The notes beneath the pieces were generated by a model that saw only the letters and a list, made by a program, of their open reading frames with translations, did not search any database and was not told where the DNA came from. DNA of 64,000 nt from Ophelia neglecta (lineage: Eukaryota): positions 45,322,001 through 45,386,000 of the forward strand of contig OZ260666.1 in the NCBI GenBank assembly GCA_965285935.1, written 5' to 3'. The stretch's first letter is position 1. Each line of letters opens with the position of its first letter. Below are positions 1 through 11,197 of the stretch, piece by piece. The translations under genes were made by a program, and so were the position numbers.

Positions 1-1684
1 GCTAGATTATGTTATCCCAAAGTGACTGGGTAATCAATGTTGCCATGTGCATTTCTATTTCCTCAGAACCATTTCATGGCGGAGCACTTAAACTTGGAAT
101 TTATAACTTAAAACATCCATTAAAGTTAATGAAGTATCAGGCTTTCTAGTTAAGTTACATTGGTTGCTTAAAGTAGTAAATGTCTTGTATAAAGACTCGA
201 CTGAAAGGCAAAAAGCAGATCTTGCTGACTTTCTACATGGCAACAAACACCTAGGCAAATAATAGAAGAGGATAATTATCGGTAATTTTTAAAAGCCAGT
301 GGGTGGTTCTGGCTTTTTATTTCGCTGTGATTATTTGGTAAGTCTACTTCTTTTTCCTCTATAGATAGGTTAACAGTCCTTGCTAAAGTAAAATGTTTTG
401 GTGCTAAATTAAAACTCTTGTTTCTAGGAAAGAAAGATGGATCTTTATTGGCTTAAGACCCAATAACCCAGGTATATGCCTTGTCATGAAGGTTTTCAAA
501 GGCAGCAAACATTAGCGGAGAGTGGTTGGGATGCTAGCTATTTGTGTCTTTTTAAGCCTCGGGGGTATTACGAGTCACCACATCTTAGGGTAAGAGCAAA
601 AGTAACCCAGTGCGCATAATGGTAGCACTAAACGCATTAAATCAGGATGCTTCTGATCTAAGTTTTCTTCTCAGGTATCGCCAGCCCACCTAGGCTTTCA
701 GCTCCATTGATATTTTACACCATTCGGCAATTATCCCATGGGAAAACTCGCAGCAAATATGACACGGAGACCAACCGAGCTTTGAGCTATGGGTGATTTT
801 CCATTTTGACTTTTATTAAAATGGCTGGCAAAGGGGGAAGTGCCGCTTCCTCCCATTTACTCCCAGGAACACCAGCCTCCAATTTCCATTGATTCGCCAG
901 CCAGTGTTAAATTTAAAAGCACAAAACATCACCATTGCGAGATGGGAGACGGGATGGCTTTGCTCAAAGAGAGCTGTTTGCAGTGCTAAAAGCTCGCCAT
1001 TTGATAGGGTTTCACTTTAAATTGCCAGCATGCTTTCTGAGCTCAGAAAATGTGATAGAATGAAAGTACTTGGCTAATGGCAAGGCTTTATAGAACCACA
1101 CGAGCCATTATGTAACCTAACTTATATGTAATGGACTAAAAAACTGTTTATTCTCTATATTCCTTGGGAGTTTGATGTCCCCATTATCAGGATTGACTGA
1201 AGAATATAACTTACCGTAAAATGAGAGTGGTTTCTTTAGCTCGCTAGTCACTAGAATATGGAATAGATCAGCAAGCGGTTTGGTTGAGAGATAACAAGGA
1301 CGTCTAAATGATTATTTTCTTCGTTTTCGGGCCATACTTTATTGAAATTTACATCTGCCCAGTAGGTCTCCCTTTTTAATGGTGGAAATATAGAACAACA
1401 TTGTAACACCATAATTTATACGACCGACTGGATCGAGTTAGGACAACACTTAGTGGCTAATATAGAAATAAGCTATACCAATTTCCCCGAACCTTTTTAT
1501 ACCCATTATTTTTTTCATTTGGTAGTATGACCTTTTAATCTAGGCACATTGTGCAAGCATGTCCACCTCGAAGCAATTACCATTCTGTGGGGGCCTCGGC
1601 CAAGCAATCTCGCCATTACTAACTCCGGTAACAGTGATTGCTGCGGAAGTGCGTGGCCATAGGCAGAAGGCATTGTTGATGGTA

Positions 1685-2842
1685 AGAGAATGGGGCAATA
1701 GGCCCATCATGTAAGCATTGGACGCCATTTGACGGGACACTGGAACTTGTACTTAAATTTTGTATTAACTTGTATGTAATTTGCCACTCACGTATACTAA
1801 TTTACACTACTTTATCGAGATATGAGAATAAGAAATATTTAAGATAGTCGAAGTTAAAGAAAGATGTGTGGGAAGGGATTTTTCCCCATACCCTGGGCAA
1901 TAAACCCATGAGATATAGGCTAGGGCTTAACGCCCATATGCCACATTTACGCGAGTTAACACTGTTATGGAAACAATTAGCACATGTTTCCCCTATCCAA
2001 TATAATTTTGAGGGTTCTGGTTTATTTTTTATCTATTAAAGTCACCAACCAATAGAACATTTAATAAATATGTGTCTCCTTAATAGGTCAACAAACCTGT
2101 AAAGCACACGATATCAATCATCTTAAGTCAACTGTTGCTATTAGCTCTAGTTTTTACAACCGAGAATTCGTAGAAAGTTGGTTCGCACAATCGTGGCTAA
2201 CCACAAAATTCTCAAAATTGAGAGAAACATCTCCACGCTAGATTTGGATTTTTGAGGCTTAACAACACCTCGTGTGCCATTTCGTGTCTTAAGTGGGGTC
2301 TAGTTTATATATTATTTATTGTACTGGCTATTTTTATTTACATAGAATGCTAGAATGTGAAAGTAGTGTCAAAACTGATGTAAGAAAAAAACACGGACAT
2401 TGGACAAAAGGCCCATAGCATGGGGCAGAGTCTGTACCAAATTATGACCCGCTTTTTGACCATGGGCGTTTTGCCCCGAGAGGATAAACTTGGATAATGC
2501 ACGTTTTACAAAACTTAGACTGCAGCTGCAAGCTTGGCAAATGCCTCATATCCTAGCCAATAAAATGCTGTTCCATTTGATAAACTCCGCGAGCTGGTTT
2601 GCTCCAAAACTAGTATCAAATATATGATGCCCCTAAAATTAAATGAAAATAGGCAATAGTTTTTCAGCTCCCTGGGAATCTTTCTAACTGCCACCGGAAA
2701 ACTCAGATTCGACTCCTATATAGGTACTTGACCTAACCTTGCCCTAAAAGCCAACAGTGATGCCATCCAAGTAATATTTCTACATTTCCTCGGGGGGTGG
2801 GCTTTTTACCCCATATATGGGCTTATTGCCCCATGTTCCCCT
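1685..2842. mobile_element. Non-autonomous DNA transposon (~1.16 kb) with terminal inverted repeats and TA target-site duplication (Tc1/mariner/pogo-like)
   Basis: ATGGGGCAATAGGCCCAT at 1690-1707 matches the reverse complement of 2817-2834 at 17/18. TA flanks lie at 1683-1684 and 2843-2844. Degenerate internal copies of the TIR motif occur at ~1893, ~2408-2430 and ~2461. There is no transposase ORF. Confidence 0.65.
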
Positions 2843-3528
2843 TAGCAGACGACCGTGTTCCCCGCTTCATTATTCAGGCTTTTAGATTGTTCCCATGTTG
2901 ACAAGAAGGATGTGTTTTAATGGACCCGGATAAGACAGGCAAACAGGGCTCACACAAGATTAATTACCGATATCAGTTTTGTTTTTATGCTACAATAAGC
3001 AGACCGGACAGAGAGGCGATCTTTAGTGTCTGTAGACAATGTCCTTCTTTCCCACTCTCCGCGCGTGCTAATAGTTCGTATAATGCCAGACTCCATCAAG
3101 GTATTTCTGCGAATATTTCACCAGCAGGTCCATTAACAAAATTACCACAACATATGCCAACTCTGGATGTGCATTGTTTCATTAATGTTCCGCGAAGATG
3201 TTGAGCTAAAAGCTTTTTCCGTGCTTCTTAGCCTAAGTGACTTTGTTGTGTGTCTCCGGCTTCAATCGATACGGTTAAAAGTAACACTTGCGTGTGTGTT
3301 TGCTACATGTAATGTTAGATTGTCGAGCGATGAATGTCAAATCTGGTCAGAGGGAGAGCTCAGCAAGAACTCCGAGAAAAGCGTTTGTCGTCAGTAGGCC
3401 TGATCTCCATTCCCCCTTGCACGCATCTACTCCGCATACATATATACATATCTATATGGACAGGCATTGCGAGGACAGTTTGAAACGTTAGAACTTACCC
3501 GCAAATCTCAATTGCCATTGTTTTACAG

Positions 3529-3638
3529 GACAACAATACGTTGATTTCACTTAGAATCATTTCCAAGTCAATTTCTCATCATAGAAGGCAGAAACACAAT
3601 GAAAGGAGCTTCCTAGCGGGAGAATATAGGAACAGTTG
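3529..3638 (+). other. Candidate non-coding 5' exon
   Basis: Acceptor TTGTTTTACAG|G ends at 3528 and donor TTG|GTAAGC starts at 3639. The exon lies in CpG-rich DNA and contains only a 5-codon uORF (ATG 3599). Confidence 0.3.
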
Positions 3639-4188
3639 GTAAGCCTTTTGACTTGTATTATAGTGCAAGAAAATGTTTCTGAATATATGCCTATAGTGCC
3701 TATACAAATATTATCATTTCTTAGTTTTCATGGACATTGGGTTTTGTCAGACATAAACGCGTAAAATATTATTAAGAGAAGCTTTTGAAATTACGAGATG
3801 GTCGAAGATCGAGTTATGATTATTTATTGACCTCCGATATACTTAGCCCCCCCCCCCCTCCCGGCAACCTGGAAAACATCTCTGGATGTTAAACCAGGGC
3901 AAATGACACTCCATTTGACATTTGTGAGAGCATGTTTTTAACAGCTTGGTAAATAAAATAACCAGGTAGGCCTCGTACAATTTCACATTTAAGTTATTCC
4001 CTACATTCCATTTTCTGAATGTTTGTTCTTAATTTTCTTGTAACATAGATCTAGTTGACTATTTTCACAACTTTCTTGTTATTGTCCAGTCATGTCAATT
4101 TCATGGAGGCTTTAAATCAAAGATAAAAAAATCCTTTTTTTCCCCGACATCTTTATGGTGCGCTCTTGCACGCATGCGGAAGTTTACA

Positions 4189-4215
4189 TACAGGGTGTAC
4201 CAAATAAACATGCTC
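4189..4215 (+). mobile_element. Solo Tc1/mariner-type terminal repeat
   Basis: TA-CAGGGTGTACCAAATAAACATG resembles the TA|CAGGGTG terminus of mariner/Tc1 elements. I found no partner end nearby. Confidence 0.25.
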
Positions 4216-7200
4216 CTCTGTTTTGCAAGGAATCATGCACAAAGTTCATAAATGCCGCTTTGTTCATACATGATATATTTGAAGAAAATTATATCGGTAG
4301 ATTTATTTTACCGAATATGATATTCATAAATCAAACATAACGAGTCACGTGGGCTCAAATAAACATGTCAACCCTAAATCCACGTTTAAACCAGACGACA
4401 GAGGAGGGCGTGTCAATAGGTTTGGCTATGTGTGCCCTGTGTTCCTCTGAACCAGTTCAAAATAAATAGATTAGAACTGGATATCGGGTAAAGTTTTGTT
4501 CATTAGCCCACATTTCTCATAATATCTCACTTATAAATAGCTCGTTTGGAACAATGATGAAACGAGCAGTTGGTTATTTTCACTACAATTGTTGTGTATT
4601 TAAAACAAGACGTATACTCAGATTTTGACCATAACATTTAACAAGTTCATAAATGTGTCTTGCAAGAACGTTAATTTGTTTTAAACAAACAATTTTACTG
4701 GAAGATGATAAATATCAAAACGATAAGTCAATTGGATAAAATCACCACACACAAAAACTAATAGTATGAATGATGTATTTGTATTCCAAATATACTTACA
4801 TGGCACTTATTTGATATCAAAGCCGACTTACTCTTGAAAACTAATTTCTAATCTTATATTTACGAGTACACGAGTTTGATTTTCCTGGAACTTCATGAGA
4901 AGCATACCTTTGTGGCGAGGCCTGATCTGAGGAAACCAGTGTCCGTCAGCAAGAATTCGACTTTTACCAGATTTATAGCTGGATTTTTTCCAACTTTGGC
5001 TGAGTTATTGCGCAAACCAGAGTCAGTTTAACATGTATCATGTAAATGGGTTTGGGGTTTGAAAAGTGCCGTCAGCACCATCATTAGTGGACGCTGTGCC
5101 ATGATTTCACCAGCGCTTCCCCGCATACACACTCAAAGTTGGAACATCTGCCCAGAAATCTGGAACTTGAGTCAAATGTTATGATTGACTGGAAAACAGA
5201 TCGTAGGTCAAAGGGCAAAGTTGATATTGAAAACTTTTCAATGAACACTTTGTTTCCGGTTTTTTAAAAACAACTTCTCACAAAAATCAGAACAGATATT
5301 CATAGCTATTTTTATAGGTCAAGAGATTGAATATCACATCTGCTTTCAGTACCGTTACTACTCCACTCTTAATGAAAGTAAGACGGCCCGTAATTAATTC
5401 ACGGATTGTTACCGATGTAACCCTCTTCCCGCCTCCCTTACCACCTCACCCCCCAAAGTTTGCCCTTCCCACCCAACTCAATCGTGCTCTTTATCTCTTC
5501 GTCTCCTACGCCATCCTACCCTTATCATCTCATCATATCCTACACGTGTGACGCGTGCAGGCCGCGGAGAAACCTGGAAGGTCGGAAAATTGTCAGAATA
5601 TGTTACTCTGTTACACTTTATTACTGAAAACATTAACACTTTAACAATGGATTAGGACAGGCACTTTGTTTCCAACAATCTGATTACCAATGGGATGCTT
5701 TGTATGTATAAATGTACCATAAAGTATCATTTGAGTCTCATTTTGTCGGAATCAAACATGGAATAGAACAATGAAAGAAGTTCATACACATTGAAAGATT
5801 TCTAAAAACTTTCAGGTTGGCCCCAATGCAAGGCAGGAATACAACATGCCAAATGGACGTACAAAAGCAAATGGATTTGGTTATTGGCACCCTATTCACC
5901 GTGCGCTGCCATCATCACTTCCACGATGTATAGGCGCCAATACTCTCTTGTTATAGCACATAATTGCTCGAAGATTAGCGGGTGATGTATATATGGAACC
6001 GTAATTTACTGGGGCAAAGGAGGAGTCGATTACTTATGCCGCGGTCACATGAAGAGCCCGGCCAGTTTACCGTCCCCGTAAGGGCCAACAATTGTGATAG
6101 CCCGTGTGGGATCGCACGGCATACCGTACGATTTTTCGAAGACATTTAGACCCGCAAGTGTGCCATATAGCCCTCAGGTGAAACTGAGCATGCACAACAC
6201 TCAAATACGGAGGGCTAGGCGCGACTGATATTATGGGTCTTCCCGGGCCCGTGCGGGATCCGCGTACGGTGCCTGCACGTGCACCCTACGGAACCCGTTC
6301 GATCTCGTGGCAAGGAAAAGTAAAAACACGCTTAGAACCCGCACAGATTGAAGATTGCGGGCAATAGATATATTGGCCACTTATTTTTCAAAATTAAGCT
6401 CATACAGATACATAACATGGGCTATAACCTAGTTACAGTACCTGGCTATCGAACCGTGCTAGTACTACCTCGGGGGTAACGTAAATCCCCAAGACATATA
6501 TTGAAGGTGTTCAGCGTCCAAGTTCTTAATGCATAAGTTGGCCCACGGTCCCCTGTCTGTATATCATCAATAATTTTCCTTGACGGTATTCAGATTAAGA
6601 GTTGATCCATCGCCCTATGATCCTAGTAAGGTTCCGTTTTAACATTTATTTGGCTAAATGGAGCGGAAGCGCCTGTATGTCTGCGCCTATTTCACAGTGT
6701 CGTGCGGCTTGCGCATGTCAGTGCAACAGCGGCAAAGCGCAGCGTTGCATACATTCACCCCTGTTAAAACACATCCCTTTAAGGGCGTCTCGAAAAAAAT
6801 CGCCATTAAAGTATTTGTCGAGCCAAAGTATATCTACAGTGTTAACAGTGGACGTGTTTACACAGCACTTTAAAATGTAGCTAATATTTGTTCGCCTTGG
6901 ATCTAAAGTGAGAATCATAAGTTCAATATAGGTGTGACTATTTCTTTTCGGGAAAATTGGCAAACAATCCCTTTTTTTCTTAAACGCCCCCCCAATATTA
7001 ATATAATGATGCGTTCCTAATTAAATGTTGGTGCCAGAGCCCCCCCCCCTCCCCTCCCCCTCAATGACAAATCACGGCAATATCGGGATGAAGCAAATTG
7101 AGCGCCATTATATGTACATCTGTCAGGAGATGAGATGTACCATTTGTCACTTGGCACCACCTTCAACACCCAGAAATCTCTCTCCCATCATCATCAGAGG

Positions 7201-7329
7201 CACGCATAGGTTTAATCATCAGGCAGCTCCAAGGTTATGATAGGACCTGCCATGGCAATACTTTCATCATATACAGTCAGATAAAGATAATGTCATACTT
7301 TGCCATTAATTATGCCCCTTTTGAAAGTT

Positions 7330-7560
7330 TCACTCACCCTAGTAAATGTTGCGCACAGCGAGTGCGCAGGGAAAATGACTAACTGCGTCTATAAGTTTTC
7401 TAGTCCCATGCGACCCGCTCTCATTAAATCGCAACTAGCTTTGAGACAGCCTCAAGTTCCTCACTCGGCTCAATTTCTCCAGCGTGCGAACCACCGTCAG
7501 ATGCCCTCGGACAGCTTTGTTTTACTAACCTTCCACTCGCATCTACTTGAACGAGCTCGA
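7330..7560 (+). promoter_or_regulatory. Putative CpG-rich promoter of the large + strand gene
   Basis: CpG density is high, and paired TGCGCA half-sites at 7350-7355 and 7363-7368 resemble NRF1/EWG sites. The region sits just upstream of a strong donor at 7665, after which CpG density falls. Confidence 0.5.
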
Positions 7561-7664
7561 ACGGTTTAAAAAAGTGAAGATTAGACGGTGCCGCGCTCTA
7601 ACAAGTACTGAATACCAGTGACACAGATCGAGGAACTTACTCATCGATCCGAGTTTGAGTCAAG
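7440..7664 (+). other. Candidate non-coding first exon (5' boundary approximate)
   Basis: It ends at the strong donor CAAG|GTAAGA (7664/7665). It is CpG-rich and has no long ORF running into the donor. Confidence 0.5.
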
Positions 7665-8121
7665 GTAAGACCGCGGACATTGATATATTCCTGGCATAAA
7701 TGGTGCTTCAATTGGTCTTTATTATTTAGCTTAGCATGGTACTTGATCATGCAGTTTCCAGTATGTCCACCGAGTGTCCGATAGTTATGATAAAGAAAGG
7801 TACATGTTAGCTATGCCAATGTACATGTAAATGAATCTGTAGTCAAGATAGTCTGGTCTAGTTTGAACAGTGGGAGCGATTGAATTCAAAAAATAATGGT
7901 CCCTTATAAAAAAGTGTCAATTAATAACTAATCTCTTTGGTTGTCTTGTCATGGCTTATCTCCATGATAAGGTCTAGACACCCTGACTGTAAAATGGTTA
8001 GGTGAACATGTAGAGAAATGTGTAACATCGCATAGTCCGGTGTGTACAAGCAATTAATTTGCCGTGAAATCTGGAAGCAGACGTTTCCATGTTAGTTTAG
8101 ACCTAGGGCAGGGTTGCTCGG

Positions 8122-8203
8122 TTTTAATGAGGTGTGAGAAGGTGGAGATATCGTAGGGACAGGCTTTTAATGAGGTGTGAGAAAGTTGTGATATGGTAGG
8201 GAC
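8122..8203. repeat. Tandem duplication, period 43 bp, 2 copies
   Basis: TTTTAATGAGGTGTGAGAA(G/A)GT..GATAT.GTAGGGAC occurs at 8122 and 8165. Confidence 0.85.
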
Positions 8204-8419
8204 TGCTTTGTGGCACATAGTCGCCACAACACCAGCCTCTGTGAAACAGTGACTGTTTTAAGAAGGGGTGGGGGTGGGCGAATTTTAATGATCAGTATTT
8301 GGGCTGTGAGACTTCTCATCTTTTTCGTTTGACATTGGTTCAGTTACTTTTTATATGTAGAGATTGCATTCCAACAACATGCAAGCATTTTGAAATTTGA
8401 AGTAATATTTTGATAATGT

Positions 8420-8658
8420 CCATCTTGCCCCACCCCTTGGCCCGTCTTGCCCCATAGCGGGGCAAGACGGGCCAGCTGTAAATTTTTTTTATATAGGATT
8501 CATTTGAATGTCTGTAGATATTATTTGTCCATTATCTACCTATAACTAAACATTAGCCCTAGATTCACTACAAAGTAGTTGGCTCTTGAAAACTTCCTGT
8601 TGTTTATGACATAGTAATGAATTTCATTTTGGGCGCCCATCTTGCCCCACTCTCCCCT
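8420..8658. mobile_element. Truncated MITE end with repeated (CCC)RTCTTGCCCC motif and internal hairpin
   Basis: The motif appears four times, including a perfect 15-bp stem GGCCCGTCTTGCCCC-ATAGC-GGGGCAAGACGGGCC (8439-8473). The terminus CATCTTGCCCCACTCTCCCCT has the same style as the 1685-2842 element end. Confidence 0.55.
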
Positions 8659-8665
8659 TCTTTAA

Positions 8666-8930
8666 CCCATTCCATGACTTAAGAACATTCGTTGACATGA
8701 TACTAAAGCGCCATAGGCGACTATTGTCAACATTTTTTTAAAGTTTACAAGATGATGACCTGCCGTTGATGAGCATGCAGTATCTCACATATGGCTCTGG
8801 TCTTTTTTATCCTACCCACTTTAGTTAACCCAAAAACATTATAAACAATGAGGTATGTGATACTGACATGGATTATATAAATATTCTGCATTGAAATATT
8901 CCCAAAGGTCAGTAATTTTCTTTGAAAGGG
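8666..8930. mobile_element. piggyBac-like MITE (265 bp)
   Basis: The structure is TTAA|CCCATTC ... GAAAGGG|TTAA. TTAA duplications lie at 8662-8665 and 8931-8934, with the CCC/GGG termini typical of piggyBac. The TIR match is short (6/7). Confidence 0.5.
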
Positions 8931-9134
8931 TTAAGTAGTATAACACTTACTGAAATTCTAGCCACCAAGTGGTGGGCAAGCGCAATTATTTTGTCCAGTA
9001 ACAAAATGAATTGTTTTGAGTTGCTCACAAACACAAATGGTTGGCTCAGTTTCAGTTTTTAAGCTACACACTCTGTTAACAATGTGTTAAAATCTTACCA
9101 TAAAAAGAGCTGAAAGAGCCCAGATATAAATAAT

Positions 9135-9162
9135 GAACTATACTTCTCCTTTTCAGGTAATT
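9135..9162 (+). other. Candidate recursive splice site (ratchet point)
   Basis: TACTTCTCCTTTTCAG|GTAATT places an acceptor at 9156 directly before a donor hexamer, with an AG-free zone of ~30 nt upstream. Confidence 0.4.
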
Positions 9163-11017
9163 ATTTCTTTTTATTTGGTATAAGAATCCATAGAGGCTTT
9201 ATGGCTATCTCATTTTTTTGTACCAATTAGTGTCTTAATAGTAGATTAAACCAGTTTAATGGCAACTATTGTATTTGATATGTATATACTGACAGGTGGG
9301 CATGTGTGTCCTGGTATATAGGTTTACAAGGCTCTATGTTGACATTGTGTACTCAGTTTCAATATCAGCATATTAAAGTAGGTTTTGTCATATTGAACAT
9401 GCATTAATGAACAATGGATACCCATTACTCTTAACAGCAATATTCACCATAAAACTATTGTAAATTGTAAAGGAAATGATCAGACCAAAAAACTTCGTGG
9501 AAGAAAACGCAGCCGGTCCACTGTTACATGGGCTGTACTTTGGACAATGTTCGTGTATTGTTTTGTCAGCTATTCACACATTTACTCATTTTCGCAGCTG
9601 AATCCAGGGTGATTTAGAACAAACGGGTCTTTAGCACATTGCTGTGCAGACAATAATTGGTCTGGTAGGGAGGTTTGCCTCGAAGTGGTGGTGTGGCCAG
9701 TGGTGAAGGAAGTGGAGAAGAGGAAATTGGGCAGGACCACTGTGAGCCAGGCCAAGTTCATTTTGTCTCAGCAGGGTGTTGTTAAACACTACATAGAGAG
9801 GGAATACCCTCCCCAATTAGACACATAAAACCACTCAGTAAATTTGCAGCAAAATGCCAGCCTTAATTTGCTTACAGTCTTCTTTCTAGCTTTCACCAAT
9901 AGGCAAATTGACAAGACTCACACCGCATGCAAAGGGAGGTATCAGGGTAGTAAAGCCCCTGGGGGTGGTAGGATTTTGCCCTTCCAAGTTTATGTGATAT
10001 ATTTATATATGCCATACAAACAATCAGTCTCATTCTTTACATTTGAAAAAAGGAAGTTAATGTATATATTTTAAGCCTAAAACCTATCATCCTAACTGAA
10101 ATACTTGTGTCGCCTGCATAACCCATAAGTGACAAAAATGATGCAAGTTTTATATAAAGACTTCTCCCTCAGGACCAATTAATCTGGTGTTGTGAACAAC
10201 TAGCAAGTCAACTCAAACCTCAATTAGCCCCTGGAAAATCCAAGTGGGTAAGTTATGTGTTTTAGACCAGCTTAAGCAAACACATTTTTACGTTCATAAA
10301 TATTAGTTCGATGCAATTAAACTTAATCACATCACAGTTTGTGTAGTTTTTCCGTTGACTTGTGGGTGCAGGGGGTGGCCTCTTGCTCATTAACTGGGTA
10401 AAGGTGGTCTGACATTGTGTAACAGGCAGTGGAGCCCCTCCACGCTGGGTACCCTAGGCTCATTAGCCAAGGCAGGAAGGTTCCGTTTTCACAGTCAGAC
10501 TTCCAGAGAATTTTAATACTCAGATTGAACATCACAGCAAATTGGCTGTTCTTGTGTCTAGAGTAAAGCTGGCAGTGTTTATAGGCCATCTGCAGCACCT
10601 AATTTACTCAAAGTCTAAGTAACACACAGCCTACTCAGACAAAAACAGGAGGCTGGATTTGTATTAGGAAGATAGCATGAATGTCCCTGTATTGAAGGGT
10701 TGAAAGAGGACTTTAGGCACGGTTCATGTCTTCACATCCTTGATTATAAATGGTAATGTATTTAATAATATAAATCTACCATAATGGCTGTAGTTGTCAA
10801 GTCAAGAGTACACCAGTGTGTAGACAAACATATGTACATGAACTAAAATACTGTCACAGGTGAGTAGTAGATATCCAACATGAATCTGCTGTCTGCTTAA
10901 TCTAACTGTCTCTCTTAACATGGTTAATGTGCTCTTGATTATCTGCTAATGAGAAGATTTATTGATGAGTGTTTAGTGTTACCCATTAGGTAATTTTTCT
11001 CTTCCTCTTCATTTCAG

Positions 11018-11197
11018 ATTGAGCCTCTTTGGAAATCTCATCTAGACCAGAAATGCAATACTCTATTGTTGTGGTAGACAAGTTAATGGTTCTTTGCAAA
11101 TAAGAATATTCAACTCAATTAAGACTTTGGACAAGTTACCACAACATCTTGATAAAGAATAAAGAATTAAGGATCCTTTTGACACAAAAAATCTTAG
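11018..11197 (+). other. Non-coding (5' UTR) internal exon, 180 nt
   Basis: Strong acceptor TTTTTCTCTTCCTCTTCATTTCAG (ends 11017) and donor TAG|GTAAGT (11198). All three frames contain stops, and there is a 16-aa uORF at 11053-11103. An upstream donor CAG|GTGAGT at 10859/10860 suggests another leader exon. Confidence 0.6.

Noticed and set aside
655-680. TTTTCTTCTCAG|GTATCG acceptor/donor fusion
   Set aside because: The donor half is weak and the site lies upstream of the inferred promoters, so I cannot link it to a transcript within the window.
4880-5180. Possible decayed transposase on the minus strand (FWADVPTLSVYA...ADGTF, reminiscent of hAT C-terminal or MULE motifs)
   Set aside because: It is interrupted by stops and too short to distinguish from chance. 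A blastx/HMM search against transposases would be needed.
3490-7645. Minus-strand donor-like sites (GTAAGT at ~3497 and ~7640) suggesting a divergent gene
   Set aside because: No matching acceptors or coding exons could be assembled on the minus strand.
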